From Octopus vulgaris (taxonomy: Eukaryota), in the NCBI GenBank assembly GCA_951406725.2, contig OX597817.1, positions 155,434,001 to 155,498,000 of the forward strand: DNA of 64,000 nucleotides, in the 5' to 3' direction. The position numbers and the translations under genes are program-made. Below the pieces are notes generated by a model. That model saw only the letters and a list, made by a program, of their open reading frames with translations, was not told where the DNA came from and searched no databases. Of this stretch, positions 13,077-25,899 are shown in pieces; within the stretch, counting starts at the first letter, position 1, and every line of letters begins with the position of its first letter.

Positions 13077-15019
13077 CAATAAAAAAGGGTAAAATTATAT
13101 ATATATATATATATATATATTGTCAATAAAAAGGATAAAATTAATTAATTATTGATTAATTCGACCGAGCAGTGTTCGGTATGTAAAACGACCATTTACG
13201 GTATATTTGAAATATTACTTTATAAAAATAGGGTAAAGTAAAATAATTTACTTTACCACACACCAAACTTTTTAGAAATAGCAGTCAAAAATTTGGCTAT
13301 TTCTTCTACTGCAAGAAAAGCCCCTTGTGGGTAGTAAAGAATATGTCAAGTAATCATGATGATGATGATGATGAAGAGCACACAATAAGGAAGAAAGAAG
13401 GAAGTGCAGAAGAAAGAAAAAGTTGATAGAAGACAAGGAAAAAGCAAAAACGACAAAGATATAATAGAGAAAAGAAGCAGTTTGAGATGTAATTACCATG
13501 TCATTTGTGAAACAATCCTTCAGTAGTCTCTGTTTGTGAACAAGGACATTGTCTGGTAAAGAGATGCAAGGGAAGGCATACCAGTAGTAATAGTGGTACT
13601 TCTTTAGATCCTGTATAAAATATACAAAACAACACAGGTTATTTAACAAAAATTACTGAAAAGGAAACGGAAATAATGCTAGACTTCTGACAGGCTGAGT
13701 CTGCCTCTCAATGTCAGTTTGATATGAAGTTGTGTCAGTTCACTATGTTTATTCCTTCTACTTGTGGTTCCCAGCTGTGGAACCCACAAGCCAGTGTAAG
13801 AGATGGGCTCCCAGCTTCCACAATGTTTAATACAGAGAGAATACCAAACTCATTCCCTATGGATACCGTATTTATTACGAGTGGCTTGTAAACGTATCTA
13901 ACTGGCTTTCGCTCGTTAGATACGTTTACAAGCCACTCATTGTAATAAATACGGTATCCATAGGGAATGAGTTTGGTATTTTATTTATTACACACGAATA
14001 AACGACCATATTTTATTAACCCAATAACTAAATTCTTCACGTTTAGTTGTAACTTATGAATGACAAAAGTAGTGCCGTCACCGTGATCTCAAGTCATCAC
14101 CATGGATTGACCAATCAGAAGCAGTGCTGTCACCGTGACCTCGGGTCATCACCATGGATTGACCAATCAGAAGCAGCGCTCGCAGTATCTGACATATGTT
14201 AGATACCAAAAGTATATCAGTGTTCTCACTCACATGTGTGTAATAAACTACATGATGTGAAAACTGCATTTTCAGTGTTGTTTACTGCTACATTTGACAC
14301 ATGTAAAAAAAAAAAAAACAAGCCAGAGCTAACAAGAGAGCCTCTATATAGAGACACTAAACATGCTAGAAACAACAGTACCTAAATTTCTTTGAAATCA
14401 TATTGTTTGGGGGAAAAAAATGGAAGGTTACATTAGCCATGGCTAATACAGACATAGCTATGTGATTAAGAAGTTTCATACCCAGTTACACGTAAAAAGC
14501 ACCCACTACACTCATGGAGTGGTTGGCGTTAGGAAGGGCATCCAGCTGTAGAAACACTGCCAGATCAGACTGGAGCCTGGTGCAGCCTCCATGGCTTCTC
14601 AGATCCTGGTCGAACCGTCCAACCCGTGCTAGCATGGAAAACGGACGTTAAACGATGATGATGATGATATATATATATATGTTTGTGTGTGCCTTGTCCT
14701 GTTATTCCTTATTTATACTGTTTTTACAACTGTCTTTTCTTCATTTGTATTGCATTCACGTCCTGTTCTTGTCACTCGTTTTACCCCTCTGCAAAAGAAT
14801 TTTATTTAATTCCTTTTGCAGGAAGGATTGTTTCGGCCTGGCCGTGTTCTGTCCTTACCTTCGAAACACGCATTGAGCTGAATCAGGGACAGCTGAAGAA
14901 GGGGAATTTTCCTTCTATTGTTTGTCCTGTACTCTGCTTTTTCGTTGTTAAAAAAAGTCTGTTTCCTTGTTTGATTTTGTTTTCGTTTCTCGTTCTACAT
15001 TTATTTGTGGTGTCCTATA

Positions 15020-15054
<35 letters not shown>

Positions 15055-18000
15055 TTGTATATATACATGTAGATGTAAGTATGTACATATATGTATATAT
15101 GCATATATTTTATTTATTTATTTATTACATTGTTATTATATGACCGAACGCACGCGTCGTTTCTCTTCGTTTCGCTTCTCCAAGTAAGTTTTTATTTATA
15201 TATATATATTAATAAAAGGAATTCCAACCGTGTCTGATTTTCACGTTTTATTTACAATCTTATAATGATATAAGATAAGATAATAGAATATAATAAAATA
15301 AAATAATAGAATGTTAAATGTTCATTCTGATTGAACTAGTACTTTCATGCATTAAATTCTGCAATCTTCAGGTTCATGTAGTAGTGGTGACAGTCATGCT
15401 TCACAATTTTTGACTGTTTAAATCCAGTATGTATCATCATCATCATCATCGTTTAACGTCCGCTTTCCATGCTAGCATGGGTTGGACTGTTCAACTGGGG
15501 TCTGGGGAGCCCGAAGGCTGCACCAGGCCAGTCAGATCTGGCAGTGTTTCTACAGCTTGATGGCCTTCCTAACGCCATATGTATATATGTATATATGTAT
15601 ATATATATATAAATCCAGTATGTATATATGTATATATACACACACACACACACTCACTCACACCACACACATGCACACACAGATTGCACCAAGGTTACCC
15701 TCTGAGGCACAAGTCCAGGCAAGTTTGTTTATGGAAGATCAACAATCACCCATGCATACCAGCCTCTCCTCTCCATGCCACCTATGTTATCCAAGGGAAA
15801 GGTAAGCTACTGAGTGAACTGGAACAATGAGAAATAGTCCTTTGCTCAAGGACACAACATGCTGAATATCCTGGTCACTAAGGCACATGGCTCAGTGGTC
15901 AGAGCATTGGACTTAGAATCATGAGGTAGTGAGTTTGATTCCCACCTGGTGTGTGTGGTGTGTTTTTGAGCAAGTCACTTTATTTTTTAAATTCACTTTT
16001 CCAGGTTAGCTTGAGTTAAACAACTCCTTTCCAACACACCATTCCACCATTTTTTTTTTTTTTTTTGTGTCATCACCTTGTGAGGTTCAACATCTTGAGA
16101 TCAGCTTTTATCAGTTCTGCTCAAAGTCTTCTTTGGTTTTCCTCTTCAACAGTTTTCTTCCATTTGGATATCATGACACTTCTTTGCACCCATCTGTTAT
16201 CCTCTACATCTACATGCATCACATGTCTACACCAATGCAGTCTTCATCCTTGCACACTACAACTGATTCCTTTTATACATAGCTTATCCCTCAGCTGTTT
16301 GTATCACACCAGTCATATACACAGCAGAGCATGCTTGTTTCATTTCTCTCCAACCTTCATTTGCATTCAGCACTTACGTCTCACTACTATGCAGCACTGC
16401 ACTTTATATACAGGTAACATACAAGCTACTTGTCACTCAAAAACTCTGAACTTTTCCCACCCTGTCTTTATTCTGGCTACAATGCACCCTTCTCCACTAC
16501 TGATAGATTACCCAGGTAACTAACTGAAGCTCTTTTACTCCATTACATGTTTTAGTCATTCGACTGTAGCCATGCTGGAGCACCACCTTAAAGGGTTTTA
16601 GTCAAAGAAATCGACCCCAAGGCTTATTCCATATGTCTCTTTTGCCAAACCAAGTTATGTGGATATAAACACACCAATATCGGTTGTCAAGCAATGGTGG
16701 GGAGATAAACACAAAGACACACACATAGACATATATATATTTTTTTTCTCCTCTGAATAATGTATAGTCTACTGACTAAATTTTTTCCTTCTCACTAGAC
16801 CACTGGTAGCTAAGAATTTTTTTGATAAATATTTTTGCAACCCTGAGATTTTAATTAATGATTAAATATATATATATATATATATCTAGCTACATGGTTT
16901 CGGGGTTCAGTCCCACTGCGTGGCACTTTGGATAGGTGTTTCCACTATAGCCCCGAGTCGACCGAAGCTTTGTGATTAAATTCGGTAGGTGAAAGAGAGA
17001 GAGGGATATATATATATATATACCCACACACACATACAATGGGCTTCTTTTAGTTTCCGTCTACCAAATTCATTTGCAAGGCTTTGGTCAACCTGGGGCT
17101 ATAGTAGAAAACACTTGCCCAAAGTGCCATGCAGTGGGACTGAACCCAAACCATGTGGTTGGGAAGCATTCCTCTTACCAGACAGCCATGCCGGCGCCTA
17201 TTAACTATTTCATCATAACCATCTAAGCATTGAAAGGAATTTATTTTACTACTTCACTGATTGCCAACTATGCCTGTACATTTGCCATATATAATTATGT
17301 AAGTGCATAAAATGGTACTAGTTATGTACTGGAATCAATCCAATTGACTATAACGTCTTTCAGAAATATTTGGCTTTGAGCCTTGCAACAAATTAATATT
17401 TTGGAATTTGTATTGCAGCACACACATACACACACAAACACAAATGCTTGTTAATTCCTTAACCCTTTTGTTACTGTATTTCTGTTGAGATGCTCTGTGT
17501 TTCTTCCAATTACTTTAAGTATAACAAAGAATTTAGTAAAATAACTTAGTTATCATTCAGCTATTGTTAGGAACGTAAATTGTGATTAAGGTTTGGTGGA
17601 AGATTTTAATTCAAAACTTATGAAAACAAGACATTTGTACTACAAAGCCAGAGCCGGTTTCAGCCGGGTTGGTAATGAAAGGGTTAAAGAATGATTGGGT
17701 CACCAAAGGTGGCTTTATCTTCAGCAAGTATGTCAAGGACCATTGAGGAAATCAGACTGTATGCTAAAGCAGGAAATTACAAATAACAGGAATAAGTGGA
17801 TTTAAACAGTACAACAGCGGGTAATGAGATCAGCTATGTCACACTCACACACATTATTTCTTACATACTTACAGACATATTCTTAAACACATGTGTATAA
17901 ACACACAGACTTCATTTACTCTAGAGTGAGAGTAATATAGTTAGAAGTAGAGTTATACTCTTACTGTTTCTCTCGTGGCTTTTAAAAGGACTTGAGCTCA

Positions 18001-18470
18001 GCTTTGTGAGCTGGTACACACTTAGCAAATCTATAGCGTTACCCACTTTTCAGCATTAAACTATACCACAGCCTCTACATGGTCGTTCAGTCAGCTAGAA
18101 ATAGCAGCCAAGTTTCTTTGAAATCACACCAAGCATCATCACAATCACCATTAACTTCCTTGTCCTCATCATTTCTCCATCGACTTTTCCATGTCTGCAT
18201 GCAACAAATAAAATTTTTTGAGGCAAGTTTTCGACAGCCAGATGCTCTTCCTGTCACCAACACTAATCTGTTTCAAACCAATATATCCCAAGTACTTTGA
18301 ACATGAACAGTACACGGCCAAACGTATTTTCATGGAAGATTGCAAACAAATGACTTCATCGTATGATGGTGACATTTATATATAATACATGATAGGAAGA
18401 CAAGAAAACATAAGCACACACATACACACACCTATGTACAGATATTATGTGTGTGTGTGTCCGTGTGTGC

Positions 18471-18525
<55 letters not shown>

Positions 18526-20898
18526 CGCAGGAGTGGCTGTGTGGTAAGTAGCTTGCCTACCAACCACATGGTTCTGGGTTCAGTCCCACTGCGTGGCATC
18601 TTGGGCAAGTGTCTTCTGCTATAGCCTCGGGCCGACCAATGCCTTGTGAGTGGATTTGGTAGACGGAAACTGAAAGAAGCCTGCCGTATATATGTATATA
18701 TATATATATGTGTATGTGTGTGTTTGTGTGTTTGTCCCCCTAGCATTGCTTGACAACCGATGCTGGTGTGTTTACGTCCCCGTCACTTAGCGGTTCGGCA
18801 AAAGAGACCGATAGAATAAGTACTGGGCTTACAAAGAATAAGTCCCGGGGTCAAGTTGCTCGACTAAAGGCGGTGCCCCAGCATGGCCGCAGTCAAATGA
18901 CTGAAACAAGTAAAAGAGAAAAAGAGAGAGAATATATATAATCAAAATAAGCAACCAGAATATCCAGAGGTAATTGTTGCTTATTTTAATTTTAATCACC
19001 TTATTTTGAAATTGCATGGATAATACCGTACTAAATTCTGGTGCCTCAACCTAAGTACCATATTCATCTGAATCTAAATTTTATATATATATATACATAC
19101 ACAATGACTGACCTCTTTCAGTTCCTATCTACCAAATCCACTCACAAAGCTTTGGTTGACCCAGGTTACAGTAGAAAATACTTGCCCAAAGAATGGGCTG
19201 CACAGTGAGACTGAACTGAAAACCACATTACTCTTTTACTTGTTTCAGTTATTTGACTGCGGCCATGCTGGAGCACCGCCTTTAATCGAGCAACTCGACC
19301 CCGGGACTTATTCTTTTGTAAGCCCAGTACTTATTCTCTTTTGCCGAACCGCTAAGTAACGGGGACATAAACACACCAGCATCGGTTGTCAAGCAATGCT
19401 AGGGGGACAAACACAGACACACAAACATATTCACACACACTTATATATATATACATATATACAACAGGCTTCTTTCAGTTTCCGTCTACCAAATCCACTC
19501 ACAAGGCATTGGTCGGCCCGGGGCTATAGCAGAAGACACTTGCCCAAGATGCCACGCAGTGGGACTGAACCCGGAACCATGTGGCTGGTAAACAAGCTAC
19601 TTACCACACAGCCACTCCTGCGTGTGCATGGTTGCAAAGCAAACTTCTTAATCACACAGAGCCACACCTCATCTTAAAATAAGAAAGACACTTTGTATTT
19701 TGTAGTCTGGGATAAGCTAAAACTAAATAAACAGCTTGGCCTTTCATTACTGATCTTCTTGATCAAGACTCACAAAGAGTTAAATGACAAAAGCAACAAT
19801 AATCATCAGCCTGTGGTACCCATTTACAGCTGAGTAAACAAAGCTGTTAATAGTCAAAGGTTTTGGCTCTGGATGCTGTAGAGCCCCAGTGAGAGGTTAT
19901 GAGCGACTGACCCCTTGACCAGTTGTCCACTACCATAATGATTTAGTCAACAAAACAGTGATTAAACAAAGAAATAAAATATGATCATTGCATCTACTTA
20001 CAGCAAAGGACAGCATGATAAACTGAGTGAGTAGGTTGGGGTTCTCCATTGCTTTCCCTGACTTAATATCATTGAATATCTGAAAATAAATGATAGCATT
20101 AAGAACACTTTATTAACAATAATGGGTTTTCATTCAGCAAGTCTTAACCCTTTAGCATTTAACCATTTACTGTTCGCATTATTCTACCAAAATTAATGCT
20201 TTTTTATCCACTTTGTTTTGAACTAATCAGGCATTATCTTGTAGCTATGAGATTTTGATGAGGAAGCTGTTAATTTTTAAAACGATTTTGTAGGGTTGGT
20301 GTGAGAGACCAGATCTGGCCAGTTTGAACATAAAACAGACAGAATACTTTTGGCCGGATATGGCCAGTTTAAATGCTAAAGGGTTAAACCAGCCATATTT
20401 GGCCCAAATATTCAAAATCTTTTATGCTCAAACCAACCATTTGCAATCTTTCACACTGATATGACAATATTACTTTCAAAATAAGCAATCACATCATTGA
20501 AATTTCAAAGCTATGAGATAATGCATGATTAAATCAAAACAATGTGAATAAATAAGCATTACTTTTGACAGAATAATTTGAATGCTAAAGGGATTTTTTT
20601 TATTACCCATAAGGGTCCAACAAAGATGGGACAATACAATCTGATTTGGGGGTTAGATGAACGAATGGTGATACAAAAAAAATGGCATTAAAAATTTAAC
20701 AAAAATTATAAGATGTAATAAAATCGAATGATAGAACAGACCGGAAGACATTATGAATGGAGTGGGGGGAGGGGGTTAATTTGGACCCCACGAGCCCCAC
20801 CTCGCCACCCTTACCTTTGACAGAATATGAATACTAAAGGGTTAAATAATTATTTGACCACATTATATGATTACTACTACTACTACTACTACTACTAC

Positions 20899-20950
<52 letters not shown>

Positions 20951-23336
20951 TACGGAGATGTACTTGCATAGCAAGTGATTTGATCTGAGATCGTGTGCTG
21001 AAACGAAAACAATTGCAGCGTGGAAGGTGTTTGTAAGCCATTTAAGAAACACACAAAAGCCGTTCGATTCACTTCAACATTTAACTTTAATTTGTCAAAA
21101 TATTTTCGTCGCTTTAAGACCTTGACCTGTTCACTGAAGCGACGAAAATATTTTGACAAATTCAACTTAAATGTTGAAGTGAATCGAACGGCTTTTGTGT
21201 GTTTCTTAAATGGCTTACAAACACCTTCCACACAAGAATAATAATAATAATGATTAAAAGTAACCAAACTACTTTTACATATCCTACTTCTCAATCACAC
21301 CCATTGTAAACTTTATTGCAAATTCTTTGTCATAAAAGATATAAGAACAACTGTTGAGTCAAAACAATTGCCAGACATCTCAACATGGCTAGTTCAGCCA
21401 TGAGGTATCTCAACATGGCTGGATTAACAAGCGAGACAGCTCTTTAACACGACTTATTCCACACTTGTTAGGTGTCACAACACGGTTTCTTCAACAGATG
21501 TGAATGAAACTTATCAACACGGCTGGTTCATAGCTGAAAACATGTATTTATCGACCCCGAGAGGATGAAAGGCAAAGTCGACCTCGGCGGAATTTGAACT
21601 CAGAATGCAGTGGCAGACGAAATACCACAAAGCATTTCACCTGTCATGCTAACGTTTCTACCAGCTCGCCACCTTTGGACAAAATGCTTAGCAGCATTTT
21701 GTCTGTCTTTATGTTCTGATTCAAATTCCACCATGGTTGACTTTACCTTTCATCCTTTCAGGGGTTGATAAAATAAGTACCAGTTGAGAACTGGGGTTGA
21801 TGTAATTGACTAAGCTCCTTCCACTAAAATTTGCTGGCTTAGTGGTTAGGGTATTCTGCTCACAGTCATATAAAGCTGATTCAACAGTTATGAAATAACT
21901 CATGTAGAAGGAAGATACATAACCCTTCAGCATTCAGACCTCTCTATCAAATTTAATGCTTATTTATTATCATTGTTTTAAATTAGTCATGTATTATCTT
22001 ATAGTTTTGAGACTTCAATGATTTGATAATTCATTTTTAAAATGACATGGTAGGGTAGAAGTGAGAGGCCAGAATATAAAACAGGTAGAAAATTTGAACC
22101 AGTTATAGCTGGTTTAAATGCTAAAGAGTTGAAGATGGTGAATTGGTAGTCACTGGAACATTGGAATGAATACCATGTAGTATTTGCTCTGAATTCAAAT
22201 CCCACCAGGAGCAACATTACCATTCGTCCTTTCAGAGTTGATTAAAAAAAAGTACCAATCCATAACATAACAGTAAGAATATATGACCAGAAGCCTTGAA
22301 GCATGTGTTCTGGTTCTTTTTGTTCTGAGTTCAAATCATGTTACAGGTGGTGCACTTAATCGATAGCCTATAACAGAACAGTCTCTTCTGCCGAATGTCT
22401 AAGTTACGGGGATGCAAACACACCAACATCGGTTGTCAAGTGATGGTGGTGGGGACAAATACAGACAAAAACACACACACACCGACATATATACGACAGG
22501 CTTCTTTCAGTTTCCATCTACCAAATCCACTCACAAGGCTTTGGTCAGCTCAAGGCTATAGTAGAAGACACTTGCCTAAGGTGTTATGCAGTGGGACTGA
22601 ACCCAGAACCATGTGGTTGGTAAGCAAGTTTCATACCACAGTCACACTTGCGCCTATAGTTAAAAATTATTTCACATTAACTTGAAATTTCTGAATTCTC
22701 ATGACAAAATCAACTTTACGTTTAAAATGCTTAACATGGTGGTCACTCACCTGCTCTGCTGTTGCTTGCAAAATCTCTTTTTGCTTGAAGTTCTTGAATG
22801 CTTCAATGGTGTTCACCAGATATAACAAGCCTTCTGCTTTACAATGGCGTGGTGGTGCCTCAGCTTTGCTGGAATAAAACAGATCATCTTCAACATCATC
22901 ATCATCATTGTTGTTGTTTTAACATTCACTTTTACATGCTTGCATGGGTTTGACAAAATTTCTTTGAGGTGGATTTCCTATGGCCAGATGACCTTCTGTC
23001 ACCAACCCCAGCCTCTTTCCAGATAAGGTAATATTTCCCCATAACATGGTTTCAAGTTCAGTTCCACTTTGTGGCATCTTGGGTGAGGGTCTTCTACCAT
23101 AACCCCTGGCCTTGTGAGTGAATTTGGTTGATGGAAACAATGTGGAAATCCACCATATACTCTTTTACTTGTAGGAGTGGCTGTGTGGTAAGTAGCTTGT
23201 TTACCAACCACATGGTTCCAGGTTCAGTCCCACTGCGTGGCACCTTGGGCAAGTGTCTTCTACTATAGCCTCGGGCCGACCAAAGCCTTGTGAGTGGATT
23301 TGGTAGACGGAAACTGAAAGAAGCCCGTCGTATATA

Positions 23337-23379
<43 letters not shown>

Positions 23380-25856
23380 GTGTGTGTCCCCCAACATTGC
23401 TTGTGTGTTTACGTCCCTGTAACTTAGCAGTTTGGCACAAGAGACCGATAGAATAAGTACTAGGCTTCCAAAGAATAAGTCCTGGGGTCAATTCGCTCGA
23501 CTAAAGGTGGTGCTCCAGCATGGCCACAGTCACATGACTGAAACAAGTAAAAGAGTATATGGTGGATTTCCACATTGTTTCCATCAACCAAATTCACTCA
23601 CAAGGCCAGGGGTTATGGTAGAAGACCCTCACCCAAGATGCCACAAAGTGGAACTGAACTTGAAACTATGTGGTGGCAAAGCAAGCTTCTTCAGATGTGA
23701 GGGATCAAGACAGTTCATGAGTATTGAAGCCATAATAACTGTCACTCTGTCAGCTATGACAATGAGAGTTCCAGTTGATCTGATGAATGGGACAGCTTGC
23801 TCATGAAATTAACATGCAAGTAACAGAGCACTCCACAGATATGCATACCCTTAACATAGTTCTCAGAATATGACAAGACTGGCCCTTTGAAATACAGGTA
23901 CTACTCATTTTTGCCAGCTGAGTGGACTGGAGCAACAAGAAATAAGGTGTCTTGCTCAAGAACACGAAATGCCACCAGGTATTAAGCTCACAACTATATG
24001 ACTGTGAGCAGAATACCCTAACCACTAAGCCAGCAAATTTTAGCTGAAAGAGCTTAGTCAATTACATCAACCCCAGTTCTTAACTGGTACTTATTTTATC
24101 AACCCCTGAAAGGATGAAAGGTAAAGTCAACCATGGTGGAATTTGAATCAGAACATAAAGACAGACAAAATGCTGCTAAGCATTTTGTCCAAAGGTGGCG
24201 AGCTGGAAGAAACGTTAGCATGACAGGTGAAATGCTTTGTGGTATTTCGTCTGCCACTGCATTCTGAGTTCAAATTCTGCCGAGGTCGACTTTGCCTTTC
24301 ATCCTTTCGGGGTCGATAAATTAAGTACCAGTGACGCACTGGGGTCTATGTAATCGACTTAATCCATTTGTCTGTACTTGTTTGTCCCCTCTAAGCTTAG
24401 CACCTTGTAGGCAATAAAGAAATAAGCATTTTGTCCAACATACAAATGACTCTGCCAGCTTACTGCCTTACTGGAACCATAATACTGATGACTATCAGAC
24501 ACCTTAAAAATAAACAGCCCAAAGAATTGAACATGAAGTCATTGATATGATATGTGAAACATATCTGAGTTGTGTTAATTATGAGCATAAGATATGTGAT
24601 TGTGACAGCAGAGAGAGTCAAACTTTTGAAACACCTGCATTATGATACACTCACAATTCACACGCAATCACATGATGGTGATCATCAGCATTGCTCAACA
24701 TTTGGTCTCCATGCTGGCATGGGTTGGGCAGTCTGACATGGAGCTGCCCAGAATCCAACTGTCTGATGTAGCATAGTTTCTATGGCTGGATGCCCTTCTT
24801 AATGCCAACCACTTAAGAGTGTGCTGGGTGCTTTTTATATGTCACTGTCACAGGTACGTTTATGCAGCACTGGCACAGTGCATTAATGCAGCACCAGCAC
24901 AGGTGCAGTAATGCAGCAGCAGCCATATCTGGCTCAAATTTTCTACCTGTTTTATATTCTGGCCTCTCACTTCTACCCTACCATGTCATTTTAAAAATGA
25001 ATTATCAAATCATTGAAGTCTCAAAACTATAAGATAATACATGACTAATTTAAAACAATGATAATAAATAAGCATTAAATTTGATAGAGAAATCTGAATG
25101 CTGAAGGGTTAAGTATCTTCCTTCTACATGAGTTATTTCATAACTGTTGAATCAGTCGTACTAACATACATGTTTTCAGCTACGAACCAGCCATGTTGAT
25201 AAGTTTCATTCTGGGGTGCCACATGGTCCCCATTGAGAACCTTTGCACTAAACCCTTCAAGGTGGTGCCCCAGCATATCTGTAGTCCAATGACTAAAACA
25301 AATAAAAGATATCTTGTTTAGGCTGTTGAAGTAGCCATGTTGAGACATCTGTATTGAAACATCTCATAATTGTTACACTAATCATGTTGAGGTATCAATC
25401 AACTGTTGAACCAGCTATGTTGTGGCACCTAACAAGTGTGAAATAAGTCGTGTTGAGAGCTGTCTCACTTAAAAAGTGTTTCTGCTTTTTAAGTGGCACA
25501 AGTACCTGAAAAGACAAGCCTGTATGTGTAGGAGACATATGTCTGCAGAGGGACACAAGCCTATGTCTTCTTCCACAAATAGGGGATTGTCCTTTTAGGT
25601 GCTAGAGTGAAATCTCAGTCAACAAAGATGAAACTAAAATATAGAAGTATTTATAATTAACATACCTGTCAAAGGCAGTGAAATCAAGGCTCAGCCGACA
25701 TGGCCCACTGGAATATCCTGGTCAATAAAGCAAAAAAAAAGTAGAAGTAAATATGTACATGGGAACACACTGCTTGACAACCAGTGTTGATATATATATA
25801 TATATAACTGAAACAAGTAAAAGAATAAAAGTATGTATGTGTGTGTGTGTATATAT

Positions 25857-25899
<43 letters not shown>

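Noticed and set aside
14855-14925. Possible permuted hammerhead (GAAAC ... CTGAAGA)
   Set aside because: I could not form convincing stems I-III or find a cleavage triplet; left unassigned.
18432-19677. Recurrent ORFs of the type [15 protein letters not shown]...RRHLPK as a gene family
   Set aside because: They are antisense translations of SINE family B, found wherever the SINE occurs.
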